DNA of 64,000 nucleotides from an uncultured Alphaproteobacteria bacterium. GTDB taxonomy: Bacteria > Pseudomonadota > Alphaproteobacteria > Bin95. The notes under the pieces are model-generated. The model saw only the letters and a program-made list of their open reading frames with translations. It had not been told where the DNA came from and made no database searches. Made by a program: the position numbers and the translations under genes. Positions 1-8,466 of this stretch are shown here, piece by piece. The DNA lies in contig CALLKY010000030.1 of NCBI GenBank assembly GCA_938083135.1, forward strand, positions 8,432-72,431, given 5' to 3'. Every line of letters begins with the position of its first letter. Position 1 is the stretch's first letter.

Positions 1-780
1 CTAGACGCTGTAGCACTGTATCGGGACTTCGAGGATTTGGCACCGCCTGGCCACAAAGGTGATCTTGCCCTGGCCGCGTTGTCCCGCCGACTTAAGGCGT
101 TGGACCTCCTTGATGAAGCAGATAAAATTCTCGACCACCTCGTCCGCCGCCGCCTTGATGGCGCAATCTTGGCGGACTTGGGCGGTGAGTTGGCTGACCT
201 GCGCCTTATGCGCCGGGAATGGGCGCGTGCTCTCAGCGCACTGGACGAAAGCGAGCGCGGCGAGATGGAGGCCTCTGCAGAGATTCGTGACCGCAGAATT
301 GATCTGAGGGCGCGGGCGCTGGCAGGATCCGGTAATCCCAAAGAGGCATTGGCCCTCCTGAACAATGCATCGACACTTGAGCGCCTGCATTTGAAGGCCA
401 AGTTTGCATGGCGTTCTGGCAATTGGGTTGCAGCGCGGGATGCATATCGCGGGCTCTCAGAACAGGGTGCCTTTGCGGAAGACGGCAAAAATGAAGCCGC
501 GTTGGAAGCCCAAGCTGCACTCGCTGTCCGTTGGGCTGTGTCGGCGGCCATGTTGGGTGCTGAAGACGAGTTGGCGATGATTGGCCAACGCTTCGAAGGC
601 AAGGCTAAGGACCCGAAGCTTGCCTCTGCGCTGGCTATGCTGACAACGCCAACCAGGCCACGCGGTGAAGCCATTGCTGCCGCCCGCGCCGCCATTGCTG
701 GCTTGGATACTGTCACCAAGAACATCGGTGCTTATCAAGCCGCCCAGCGAAGGTCTGATACATCCGCCAAGTCTGGCTGA
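1..780 (+). CDS. 5'-truncated helical, Ala/Leu-rich (TPR-like) hypothetical protein in the flagellar locus. The reading frame is open from base 1, so the gene starts upstream of the window.
   Basis: Frame 1 runs open from base 1 to the stop at 778-780, and the amino-acid composition is plausible. The competing minus-strand ORF (1..390) is Cys/Gln-rich and implausible. Confidence 0.4.
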   Translation, partial: LDAVALYRDFEDLAPPGHKGDLALAALSRRLKALDLLDEADKILDHLVRRRLDGAILADLGGELADLRLMRREWARALSALDESERGEMEASAEIRDRRIDLRARALAGSGNPKEALALLNNASTLERLHLKAKFAWRSGNWVAARDAYRGLSEQGAFAEDGKNEAALEAQAALAVRWAVSAAMLGAEDELAMIGQRFEGKAKDPKLASALAMLTTPTRPRGEAIAAARAAIAGLDTVTKNIGAYQAAQRRSDTSAKSG

Positions 781-984
781 TCAATAAGCCGAAACGGTGT
801 CGTATGATCTGGTGACTATGGCGTCAGTGGAGCGGAGCACTACTGTTACGCCTACACCCATATGAGCAGGTGAGGCTGCGGCGTAGGCTTTTCGCTGACA
901 CCGCAGTCCGGTGGCCGCTCTAACTAAGCGTTCGTTCAGCGCTGGGGCTTTCCCTTGTCACGGGTGCTGGCGTTTGCAGCCTCA

Positions 985-1731
985 CTAGCCGTAGGACTGC
1001 ACCAAGCTGCCCGCCACCAATCGCCAGCCATCCACCAGAACGAAGAATATCAGCTTGAATGGCAGTGATATCATCACTGGCGGCAGCATCATCATACCCA
1101 TCGACATCAAGACTGATGCGACCAGCATGTCGATGACCAGAAATGGGATGAACAATAAGAAGCCAATTTCAAAGGCACGGCGGAGTTCGCTGATCATGAA
1201 TGCCGGTGCCAGGGCGCGAAGCGGCGTTGCTTCGGGCGTTTCCGGGGTTTCTGCGTTAGACAGATCAAGGAAAAGACGGAGGTCTTCATCCCGCACATGG
1301 CGCAGCATGAACGTTCGAATTGGGCCGATTGCTTTACCGAGCGCTTCTTCTTCCGTGATCTGCTCTTCCAGGAGTGGCTGGACGGCTTCGTCGTAGATTT
1401 TCTCGAATGTCGGGGCCATCACGAAGCCTGTCAGGAACAGCGCTAAGCTAACAAGCACGATATTTGGTGGCGCCTGTTGCGCACCAAGCGCGCTGCGTAG
1501 GAACGACAGCACGACGACGATCCGCGTGAACGATGTCGCCATTACAAGGATCGACGGTGCCAAGCTCAACACCGTCATCAATGCTACGAGCTGTAAGATC
1601 CGCGCAGTTGATGAAGGCCCATCGCCGCCAATGTCAATCGATATGGATTGGGCAAGGGCAGGGGATGCTACTAAGTATGCTGCTGCAGCAAAGGAGAAAA
1701 ATGCGAGGTTTATGCGCCAAGACTTAGACAT
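985..1731 (-). CDS. fliP: Flagellar biosynthesis protein FliP (type III export apparatus).
   Basis: The ORF contains the FliP hallmark signal peptide (MSKSWRINLAFFSFAAAAYLVASPALAQ) and the conserved TM core (LVALMTVLSLAPSILVMATSFTRIVVVLSFLR...GMMMLPP). The start was chosen at the internal Met (1731); the longer 1941 ORF is an upstream extension. Confidence 0.9.
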   Translation of the reverse strand: MSKSWRINLAFFSFAAAAYLVASPALAQSISIDIGGDGPSSTARILQLVALMTVLSLAPSILVMATSFTRIVVVLSFLRSALGAQQAPPNIVLVSLALFLTGFVMAPTFEKIYDEAVQPLLEEQITEEEALGKAIGPIRTFMLRHVRDEDLRLFLDLSNAETPETPEATPLRALAPAFMISELRRAFEIGFLLFIPFLVIDMLVASVLMSMGMMMLPPVMISLPFKLIFFVLVDGWRLVAGSLVQSYG

Positions 1732-2017
1732 CAGCAGACGCCTCAATTGCGTTAGGGGATGCGTCGCGGGCTTCGACCAAAACATCGGTGCCACCGCCGA
1801 CGAGCAGCACATATTCGCGGCCATCAACCTGCGCCAGGACCAGCCGGCGCTTTGCATCCACCCCAACGGCTTCAACAATGGACAAACGGCGAGGCCGGCC
1901 AAGCTTTCCGCTGGCCAAGCCCCGGTACCGTCGCGCTGCATATGACAGCAGCACGATCAGCCCAACGACAAATGCCAGGGCACCAAAAAAGCGGAATGCG
2001 GCTTCGACCTCAAACAT
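1724..2017 (-). CDS. fliO: FliO-like small membrane protein (flagellar export apparatus).
   Basis: A 97-aa protein with a single TM segment (ALAFVVGLIVLLSYAA) lies immediately upstream of fliP and overlaps it by 8 nt, which is the typical fliO-fliP arrangement. Confidence 0.6.
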   Translation of the reverse strand: MFEVEAAFRFFGALAFVVGLIVLLSYAARRYRGLASGKLGRPRRLSIVEAVGVDAKRRLVLAQVDGREYVLLVGGGTDVLVEARDASPNAIEASADV

Positions 2018-2025
2018 GCATCAGC

Positions 2026-2349
2026 TCAGGCATTGGGATGACGGGCGTAGGCTGATACAGCCCGGCGCTGTGTTGAGAGGCTGCCGAGAAGATCTGCGGT
2101 CGCGTTCCGCTCCTTCTTTATGCGGGCATGGAGTGCGTTTAGGTCTGCGACCAAATTCAGCAGTGCTGGACGCGTCTCGCGCGCGGCATTCGCGTCTAGA
2201 CTGGTGGCAGCAGCAGCGGCCAGGTCAACCTCTGTTTCAACGGCACGAATATCTGGCGCCTGATCTTGATCGAGGGCTTTGTCGGCACGTTTGATTGCAC
2301 CTCGTGCGGCTTCCAGGCGGTCGAGCACGTTAGCATTATTGTTTTTCAT
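2026..2349 (-). CDS. Hypothetical flagellar-locus protein (107 aa, helical, acidic).
   Basis: The gene has a strong RBS (GAAGGAGCAAGCA-ATG) and sits between fliO and the FlhB-C-like gene. I recognise no family. Confidence 0.4.
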   Translation of the reverse strand: MKNNNANVLDRLEAARGAIKRADKALDQDQAPDIRAVETEVDLAAAAATSLDANAARETRPALLNLVADLNALHARIKKERNATADLLGSLSTQRRAVSAYARHPNA

Positions 2350-2665
2350 TGCTTGCTCCTTCGCTTTGCACCGCTGGCGTTGCGCCTTTGGCTGCAGCGT
2401 TCATGCGGTAGAGCCGGTCGAGTAGGGCGGCGGTCAGGGCGGTGGCCGCTTCAGGTGCATCGGAGGCTGGGTCCAGGGCCGATAGGACTTCTGCCAGATC
2501 TGCATCACGGCGAACGCGCACGCCCTTTGCAGCCGCAACTGCCAGAATGGCGTCTGCAAATGCACCCCGGCCCGACGCAAGCGACGATGAACCGCCAAGG
2601 GCGACGGCGCGCGGCATTTTGGGTCGGCCGTGTTTTGATGAATGGGCAGCGCCAGATGGCGGCAT
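2336..2665 (-). CDS. FlhB C-terminal-domain-like small protein (EscU/YscU/FlhB-C family).
   Basis: The motif ...PRAVALGGSSSLASGRGAFADAILAVAAAKGVRVRRDADLAEVLSAL... matches the pattern of the stand-alone FlhB-C proteins found in alphaproteobacterial flagellar loci. The start is uncertain (Met at 2665 or 2617). Confidence 0.5.
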   Translation of the reverse strand: MPPSGAAHSSKHGRPKMPRAVALGGSSSLASGRGAFADAILAVAAAKGVRVRRDADLAEVLSALDPASDAPEAATALTAALLDRLYRMNAAAKGATPAVQSEGASNEKQ

Positions 2666-2711
2666 AATCCGTCTACTCTATGGTTTCACACCATTAGAGA
2701 ATGCGGCTCGT

Positions 2712-2730
2712 ATGGTTAACGTAACGTTGC
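2712..2730 (-). promoter_or_regulatory. Candidate CtrA-type half-site (TTAACCAT on the minus strand), upstream of the FlhB-C-like/fliOP genes.
   Basis: The reverse complement of 2711-2730 reads GCAACGTTACGTTAACCATA. This contains the TTAACCAT 8-mer known as the CtrA half-site in Caulobacter-type cell-cycle promoters. Confidence 0.3.
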
Positions 2731-2783
2731 AATATATTGGAAAGCCTAGTTTTCCAGGCGGTCCAGCTTAAAGAACTATTGCT

Positions 2784-3020
2784 CTAGTCTTTATTTTCAG
2801 GAGGTTTTGGTGCGGTAAGCTCTTCAAGAACGGAAGCAGCGTCGGCGGCCTCACGGTTTTCTGCCTGAACACGTTCAAAGATTTCGCGGCGGAGTACGGA
2901 CGCGTTTGACGGAAAATTGAAGCCAAGGCGGACGGAGCGTCCACTGACTTCAATGACTGTTACTTCGATGTCGCTATTAATAACGACGCTCTCACCGATT
3001 TTTCGGGTGAGATACAGCAT
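2784..3020 (-). CDS. csrA: Carbon storage regulator CsrA homolog.
   Basis: MLYLTRKIGESVVINSDIEVTVIEVSGRSVRLGFNFPSNASVLRREIFERVQAE aligns residue-by-residue with the CsrA/RsmA consensus ([48 protein letters not shown]). Confidence 0.8.
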   Translation of the reverse strand: MLYLTRKIGESVVINSDIEVTVIEVSGRSVRLGFNFPSNASVLRREIFERVQAENREAADAASVLEELTAPKPPENKD

Positions 3021-3116
3021 GACTGGCTTGGTCCCCGCCTAATGTAGTCCAGAAATATCGGATGCCCCGCCCCCACTGGACTCTATCCGACCGAGACTTC
3101 TGTAAGGATAGCGTTG

Positions 3117-3132
3117 TTAACGTAGGATTTAC
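3117..3132 (+). promoter_or_regulatory. Candidate CtrA-like box (TTAA-N7-TTTAC) about 55 nt upstream of flgB.
   Basis: The sequence TTAACGTAGGATTTAC is a near match to TTAA-N7-TTAAC. It lies in the divergent csrA/flgB intergenic region and is followed by an AT-rich stretch. Confidence 0.3.
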
Positions 3133-3186
3133 AGTCATTTCTGTAAATTTGATCTGAAATCGAAATAATTTTTAGGCGCATGCCCT

Positions 3187-3594
3187 ATGGAGCCATCCAG
3201 TCTTTCTGTTTTTAAGCAGCTCGGTTCGAAGATGCGTTGGCTCACGCAACGCCAAAGTGTGCTTGCGCAAAACATAGCGAACGTGGACACGCCTGGTTTC
3301 AAACCGAAAGACCTTAAGCCTATGGGGTTTCAAAAATCCTTAGCGCTGGCGGCAGTTCAGACGGGCGGGGAAGCGAACCACATTAAGATTCACTCCACTG
3401 CTGGCTCAGGTAGTGGACGGGCACGGTCTGAATTTGGACGTGGGGATCAAGATACGGCGCTTTCTGGCAATGCGGTCGATATGGAAATTGAACTTAAGAA
3501 GTCTGCCGATACAGCACTTCAGTATCAAACCATGGCCAATCTCTATCAAAAGCATATGGGGCTTTTGCGAATGGCGATTAAGGGGGATGGCTAA
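3187..3594 (+). CDS. flgB: Flagellar basal-body rod protein FlgB.
   Basis: The N-terminal rod motif QNIANVDTPGFK and the C-terminal LQYQ...ANLYQK are both present. Confidence 0.9.
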   Translation: MEPSSLSVFKQLGSKMRWLTQRQSVLAQNIANVDTPGFKPKDLKPMGFQKSLALAAVQTGGEANHIKIHSTAGSGSGRARSEFGRGDQDTALSGNAVDMEIELKKSADTALQYQTMANLYQKHMGLLRMAIKGDG

Positions 3595-3640
3595 TCATGC
3601 TGGCCCCAATTGCCCCAAGTCCCATTAAAAGGAATGTGAC

Positions 3641-4051
3641 ATGAGCTTTAATGCAGCGATGGACGCCGCCGTATCTGGCCTTCGGGCGCAGACCAAACGC
3701 TTGCGGGTCGTCGCCGAAAATATGGCGAATGCAGACACCACGGCCAGCACGCCCGGTGGTGAGCCTTACCGGCGGAAAACCATTTCGTTCAAAAGCGAGA
3801 TCGACCGGGCGACTGGGGGCGAACAGGTGGCCGTGCGCAAAATTGGCCGCGACCCGTCTGCGTTTAGCCGTGTCTTTGAACCAGGCCATCCAGGTGCCGA
3901 TGCGGATGGCTATCTGCTGCGCCCGAATGTTTCAACGATTGTTGAAATCACGGACATGCAGGAAGCCCAGCGTAGTTATGAGGCCAACCTGACGATGCTG
4001 ACCGGTGCGCGCAGCATGTTGCAGCGCACGATCGATCTGCTGCGCTCTTAG
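3641..4051 (+). CDS. flgC: Flagellar basal-body rod protein FlgC.
   Basis: The protein starts MSFNAAMDAAVSGLRAQ and contains NMANADTT and EEAQRSYEANL. There is an RBS (AAAGGAA) upstream. Confidence 0.9.
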   Translation: MSFNAAMDAAVSGLRAQTKRLRVVAENMANADTTASTPGGEPYRRKTISFKSEIDRATGGEQVAVRKIGRDPSAFSRVFEPGHPGADADGYLLRPNVSTIVEITDMQEAQRSYEANLTMLTGARSMLQRTIDLLRS

Positions 4052-4074
4052 CAGGTATTTAGGGAGTTACCGCG

Positions 4075-4392
4075 ATGACAGCCATTGCATCAAACGCCGT
4101 TGCTGCCGCTTACACTGCTGGCCAATCTGCCGGCACAGGCGGTGCTGCAAAGATGAAAACATCCAGCGAGGGCGGGGATTCCTTCGCCAGCATGCTGGAA
4201 GAAGCGGCCAGTCAGGCCGTGGACACGATGCGCAATTCTGAGACGACCTCCATGAAGGCCGTCGCGGGCGAGGCTGATTTGCTGGAAGTGGTCGCCTCCA
4301 TGAATGATGCTGAATCGACGCTCCGCACCGTTGTCGCGGTCCGCGACAAGGTCGTGCAGAGCTATCAGGAAATTCTCTGCATGCCGATTTGA
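4075..4392 (+). CDS. fliE: Flagellar hook-basal body protein FliE.
   Basis: A 105-aa protein with a conserved C-terminal block (ESTLRTVVAVRDKVVQSYQEIL), sitting in the flgB-flgC-fliE order. Confidence 0.75.
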   Translation: MTAIASNAVAAAYTAGQSAGTGGAAKMKTSSEGGDSFASMLEEAASQAVDTMRNSETTSMKAVAGEADLLEVVASMNDAESTLRTVVAVRDKVVQSYQEILCMPI

Positions 4393-4404
4393 TCGGGCAG
4401 CAGT

Positions 4405-4671
4405 ATGAATGAATCTGAAGTCATTGAGATCAGCCGTGAAGGCGTGATGGCGATTATCGTCGCTGGCGGGCCGCTCATGTTGGTAGCACTGGGCGTCGGC
4501 CTGACGATCTCCTTGATCCAGGCCCTGACGCAAGTTCAGGAGATGACGCTTGCCTTCGTGCCAAAGATTCTGGCTATCTTTGGCGCTTCCATTCTGATGG
4601 CACCTTTCATCATCGCTACATTGAATACGCTAACTGTCTCCATGTTCGACCGTATCGCAGCTTTAAGTTAG
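4405..4671 (+). CDS. fliQ: Flagellar export protein FliQ.
   Basis: An 88-aa two-TM protein (GPLMLVALGVGLTISLIQALTQVQEMTLAFVPKI), typical of FliQ. Confidence 0.85.
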   Translation: MNESEVIEISREGVMAIIVAGGPLMLVALGVGLTISLIQALTQVQEMTLAFVPKILAIFGASILMAPFIIATLNTLTVSMFDRIAALS

Positions 4672-4675
4672 CGGC

Positions 4676-5440
4676 ATGACGCTGACTGACGCGGTTACGG
4701 GAGAGCTGGCAGCGTACGCCATTGTCTTCTGCCGCCTTGGCGCTGCGATGATGTTCCTGCCGGGGTTTGGTGATTCTGCCGTAAACACCCGGTCCCGCTT
4801 GGTAATGGCGCTCGCGATCACATTCGCCATGGGTGGTGTATTTGGCGATGGATCCCATCTGACAGGCGGGTTCTGGCCTGCCATATCGGTGGTGGTATCT
4901 GAAATTATCATCGGGCTATTCATTGGCCTTGCGGGTCGGCTGACGATCACGGCACTGCAGTCCGCAGGCTCCATCATCGCGGCGCAAATCAGTCTTTCAA
5001 ACGCGCTATCGACCGATCTGGTCTCGGCCCAACAGGGCTCACTGCCTGCCAACTTTCTGACCATTGTTGGCGTGATGCTGATATTCGCGACGGACCTGCA
5101 TCATCTGCTGCTGGCAGGCGTCGCGCGTAGCTATGAAACTTTCCCAGTCGCCAGTGCGCCACAGATGGATGGGTTTGCGGAAGCGGTGGCGACCATTGTT
5201 TCTGAGGGCTTTAGCATCGCGTTGGCGCTTTCGGCACCCTTCATATTGGTTGGAATTACGGTATCTCTTGGCATGGGTTTGTTGGCTCGGTTGATGCCGC
5301 AAGTCCAAGTATTCTTCATCATCATGCCTTTGCAGATTACAGTTGGTCTCGGCCTCCTGGCGTTGACGTTATCCGCTGGGATGCAGTGGTATCTGCATAG
5401 GTTTATCGAGCTGCAATCCTACGCCACAGGGGGCGGATAA
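4676..5440 (+). CDS. fliR: Flagellar export protein FliR.
   Basis: A 254-aa polytopic membrane protein immediately after fliQ. FliR-like composition. Confidence 0.85.
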   Translation: MTLTDAVTGELAAYAIVFCRLGAAMMFLPGFGDSAVNTRSRLVMALAITFAMGGVFGDGSHLTGGFWPAISVVVSEIIIGLFIGLAGRLTITALQSAGSIIAAQISLSNALSTDLVSAQQGSLPANFLTIVGVMLIFATDLHHLLLAGVARSYETFPVASAPQMDGFAEAVATIVSEGFSIALALSAPFILVGITVSLGMGLLARLMPQVQVFFIIMPLQITVGLGLLALTLSAGMQWYLHRFIELQSYATGGG

Positions 5441-5445
5441 GCCCC

Positions 5446-6513
5446 ATGTCGGATGAGGATGACAGTGAGAAGACAGAAGAACCCAGTCATAAAAAGCTGG
5501 AGGACGCCCGTGAAAAAGGGCAAGTGCCGTCCTCCAAGGAAGTTAATCACTGGGTCATATTCCTAGCGGCGACGATCTTCCTGCTGGGGCTGGCACCGCC
5601 GCTGGCGCAAGAAGTATCGCGCAGCATGGTCGCCTTTCTGGAACGCCCGCATGAATTCTCCGTCACGGCGCAAACGATGCCAATCATCGTCGGGGACGCC
5701 TTGAGTTCGCTGGGCATGGCGGTTTTGCCAACTGCGGCGCTGTTCCTCGTCGCAGCGGCCGCCGCGGGGCTGCTGCAAACGGGGCTTCTCTTCTCCACGG
5801 AGAGCATTACACCGAAGCTGGAGAAGATTTCGCCGATTGCAGGCGTTAAGCGAATGTTCTCCGTCAAATCTCTAGCGGAATTCGGGAAGGGCATTCTGAA
5901 GCTTATTATCGTTGGTGCCATTGCGGCTGGCGTAATCATGCCCGAAATGGCGGCGATTGAGACGGTCTCTGGGATGGGGGCGGCGGACCTGATCAACAAG
6001 CTCGCCTCTGTCTCTGCTCGATTGGTCATGGCGGTGCTGGCGATCATGACGCTGATTGCGTCTGTCGATTTTATCTACCAGCGCTGGGAGCACATGAAGA
6101 AGCTCCGCATGTCACGCCAGGATATGAAGGAAGAATACAAGCAGACCGAAGGCGATCCATTGATCAAGCAGCGCCTTCGCCAAATCCGGATGGACCGTGC
6201 TCGCAAGCGCATGATGGCGGAAGTGCCGAAGGCTGACGTCGTTATTACGAACCCAACTCACTTCGCCGTAGCACTTAAATACGACACGATGGTCATGAAC
6301 GCGCCGATGGTGCTGGCGAAGGGTGTGGATAAGGCCGCATTCCGTATTCGTGAGGTCGCGGAAGAACACGGCATTCCAATTATTGAGAACCCGCCGCTGG
6401 CGCGGGGGCTTTATGCTAATGTCGGCTTTGAAGAAGAAATCGACGAAGAGCATTACCGGGCGGTCGCTGAAGTGATCAACTATGTCTGGAAGCTCCGGGG
6501 CCGCAAGGGGTAG
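5446..6513 (+). CDS. flhB: Flagellar export switch protein FlhB.
   Basis: The ORF has the NPTH autocleavage motif (ITNPTHFAVAL) and the conserved ...RMSRQDMKEEYKQTEGDP... block. Confidence 0.9.
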   Translation: MSDEDDSEKTEEPSHKKLEDAREKGQVPSSKEVNHWVIFLAATIFLLGLAPPLAQEVSRSMVAFLERPHEFSVTAQTMPIIVGDALSSLGMAVLPTAALFLVAAAAAGLLQTGLLFSTESITPKLEKISPIAGVKRMFSVKSLAEFGKGILKLIIVGAIAAGVIMPEMAAIETVSGMGAADLINKLASVSARLVMAVLAIMTLIASVDFIYQRWEHMKKLRMSRQDMKEEYKQTEGDPLIKQRLRQIRMDRARKRMMAEVPKADVVITNPTHFAVALKYDTMVMNAPMVLAKGVDKAAFRIREVAEEHGIPIIENPPLARGLYANVGFEEEIDEEHYRAVAEVINYVWKLRGRKG

Positions 6514-6517
6514 GCTG

Positions 6518-8323
6518 ATGGCGCGATTGCATTGGATCATTCTGGGCGCTGCATGTGTGTGCCTTGCAGTAGGGGTGGCGCTTGGCGACTCCATGGGCAT
6601 TCGTGCTTTGGCGGCGGTTGTAGGCGTAACGGCCTTGATTTGGGTTGGTCTAAAGCAGGCGCAACCGCCGGAGCAGGTCGTGGAACTGCAACCTGAACAG
6701 CCTGCGCCCATTGCCGAGCCAGCTGAACCGGTAGCACCAATAGAATCGTTACTGCCTGAACCGGCCCCGCCTCCGCCCGTACCGGCAGGTTTTCTAATTG
6801 GTGAGGGCGATCACGCGCTTGAAGTGCGTTCCGGCGCGCTGATGCGGTTCATGGCATCGGGTCCATTGAACATTATCCTCCTGAATGACCACGGATTGGT
6901 TTTGGCCATCAGCCAGGCTTTCAGCACGCTGTCCGGTGTGACGGATACGCCAGTTGGAAGTATGGCGGCGGCGCTATTTGAAGATGACGCTAAAGTAGAT
7001 TTCAGCAAAGCGCTCTCGGAATTCCTTGCCGGCGGCGACCAACCGGAACGGCCTGTCATTGCCAGATTGGCAACAGGACCGAAAGAAACATGCGCCGTAT
7101 TCTTTTCAGAATTGCAGGCAGAGCCGCGCATTATTGCGCTCAGCCTGATGAACGTCACGCAGGAAAAGAAGCTTGAGGCGCAGTTCGCGCAGTCGCAGAA
7201 AATGCTGGCTGTTGGTCAGCTTGCTGGCGGCGTCGCTCATGACTTCAACAATCTGTTGACAGCCATCATTGGCCATTGTGACCTGCTGATGCTGCGCCAT
7301 AGCCCCAGTGATGAATCCTTCGCGGACATCAATCAGGTTAAGCAGAATGCGAATCGTGCCGCTAACCTTGTCCGGCAATTGCTGGCCTTTTCCCGCCAGC
7401 AGACCCTGCAGCCCCAGGTGATGGATGTCGGCGAGGTGCTGGCTGACTTAGATAATCTGCTGCACCGTTTGCTTGGTGCCAGCATAGACCTGAATATTGA
7501 GCACGGGCGGGAATTGTCCCTGGTCAAAGTGGACCGGGTGCAGCTTGAGCAGGTGCTGATCAATCTCGCCGTGAACGCCAGGGACGCTATGGATGGGCGA
7601 GGCGCTCTTAAAATTGTGACTAGGATGGCGACGGTGGGCGACACGACCGGCGGTCCGCTTGAGCCGATGCCAGCGGGTAACTACGTCCAGATTGATGTAG
7701 CAGACCGCGGTGCGGGTATCGCGAAGGAGCACTTAAAGCGCATATTTGAGCCGTTCTTTACAACAAAAGATGTCGGCAAAGGCACTGGGCTTGGTCTCTC
7801 TACGGTGTATGGCATCGTCAAGCAGACGGGCGGATTTATCTTCGTTGATAGTGAAATTGGTACCGGTACGACGTTCTCGCTCTACCTGCCGCCTCATGCA
7901 GCGGAGGTGGTTGATAATCGCAGCCCAGTCGCCGCCAAGCCGCTGGACCTGACAGGGGTTGGCACCATTATGCTTGTCGAGGATGAGGACCCGGTGCGCT
8001 TATTTGGTGCGCGGGCGCTGCGCGGTAAGGGGTATCGGGTCATTGAAGCGACTACGGGCGGTGCCGCGCTCAAGCTCTTCCAGGAAGGGGAGGCGGACGA
8101 TATTGACCTTCTCGTCACTGATATCGTTATGCCGGAACTAGACGGCCCGAGTCTCATCGCAGAAGCACGGCGGTTTCGTCCAAGTCTCCCTGTAATTTGT
8201 GTGTCCGGCTATGCTGAATCCGAATTTCGGGACAAGCTGGATGGCCTGGACGATGTTCATTTTCTGCCTAAACCATTTACATTGCAGGAACTTGCAGGCG
8301 CAGTTAAGCAAGTCATTCCGTGA
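6518..8323 (+). CDS. cckA: Hybrid sensor histidine kinase with C-terminal receiver, CckA-like.
   Basis: Two N-terminal TM helices are followed by a Pro-rich linker and a PAS-like region. The H-box is LAGGVAHDFNNLLTAIIGH (CckA-type). HATPase motifs (NLAVNARDAM; DRGAGI; GTGLGLS) are present, and a receiver domain follows (IMLVEDE...LVTDIVMPELDG). Start chosen at ATG 6518 just after the flhB stop, with RBS AAGGGG. The symbol is assigned from the motifs and is not proven. Confidence 0.65.
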   Translation: MARLHWIILGAACVCLAVGVALGDSMGIRALAAVVGVTALIWVGLKQAQPPEQVVELQPEQPAPIAEPAEPVAPIESLLPEPAPPPPVPAGFLIGEGDHALEVRSGALMRFMASGPLNIILLNDHGLVLAISQAFSTLSGVTDTPVGSMAAALFEDDAKVDFSKALSEFLAGGDQPERPVIARLATGPKETCAVFFSELQAEPRIIALSLMNVTQEKKLEAQFAQSQKMLAVGQLAGGVAHDFNNLLTAIIGHCDLLMLRHSPSDESFADINQVKQNANRAANLVRQLLAFSRQQTLQPQVMDVGEVLADLDNLLHRLLGASIDLNIEHGRELSLVKVDRVQLEQVLINLAVNARDAMDGRGALKIVTRMATVGDTTGGPLEPMPAGNYVQIDVADRGAGIAKEHLKRIFEPFFTTKDVGKGTGLGLSTVYGIVKQTGGFIFVDSEIGTGTTFSLYLPPHAAEVVDNRSPVAAKPLDLTGVGTIMLVEDEDPVRLFGARALRGKGYRVIEATTGGAALKLFQEGEADDIDLLVTDIVMPELDGPSLIAEARRFRPSLPVICVSGYAESEFRDKLDGLDDVHFLPKPFTLQELAGAVKQVIP

Positions 8324-8392
8324 ACATTTGATGTTCTCGAAATTAATTCGGAACATAGCTTGACCAGATGGAACATTTGCGGCACATTGTTC
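8322..8392 (+). promoter_or_regulatory. Candidate LexA (SOS) operator cluster in the recA promoter region.
   Basis: The region contains a perfect palindrome GAACATttgATGTTC (8322-8336, GAAC-N7-GTTC) that overlaps the kinase stop codon. It also contains GAACATAGCTTGACC (8351-8365, a one-mismatch direct repeat GAAC-N7-GACC) and GAACAT-N9-ATTGTTC (8371-8392). Confidence 0.45.
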
Positions 8393-8466
8393 TCATCGCA
8401 AACACCCCTTTCGCCCACAGGCTAAAATTGCACGGCCTAGGCAGCTATGGGAATATGGAGAACAAC

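Noticed and set aside
1-390. Minus-strand 129-aa ORF at the window start.
   Set aside because: Its Cys/Gln-rich product is implausible. The overlapping plus-strand frame is open from base 1 and encodes a coherent helical protein.
780-985. Intergenic region between the TPR-like gene and fliP, checked for tRNA or small RNA.
   Set aside because: There is no cloverleaf-compatible sequence, no GTTCGAATC-type T-arm, and no notable structure.
6112-6711. 199-aa minus-strand ORF overlapping the flhB 3' end and the kinase 5' end.
   Set aside because: It is antisense to two well-supported genes and has no motifs.
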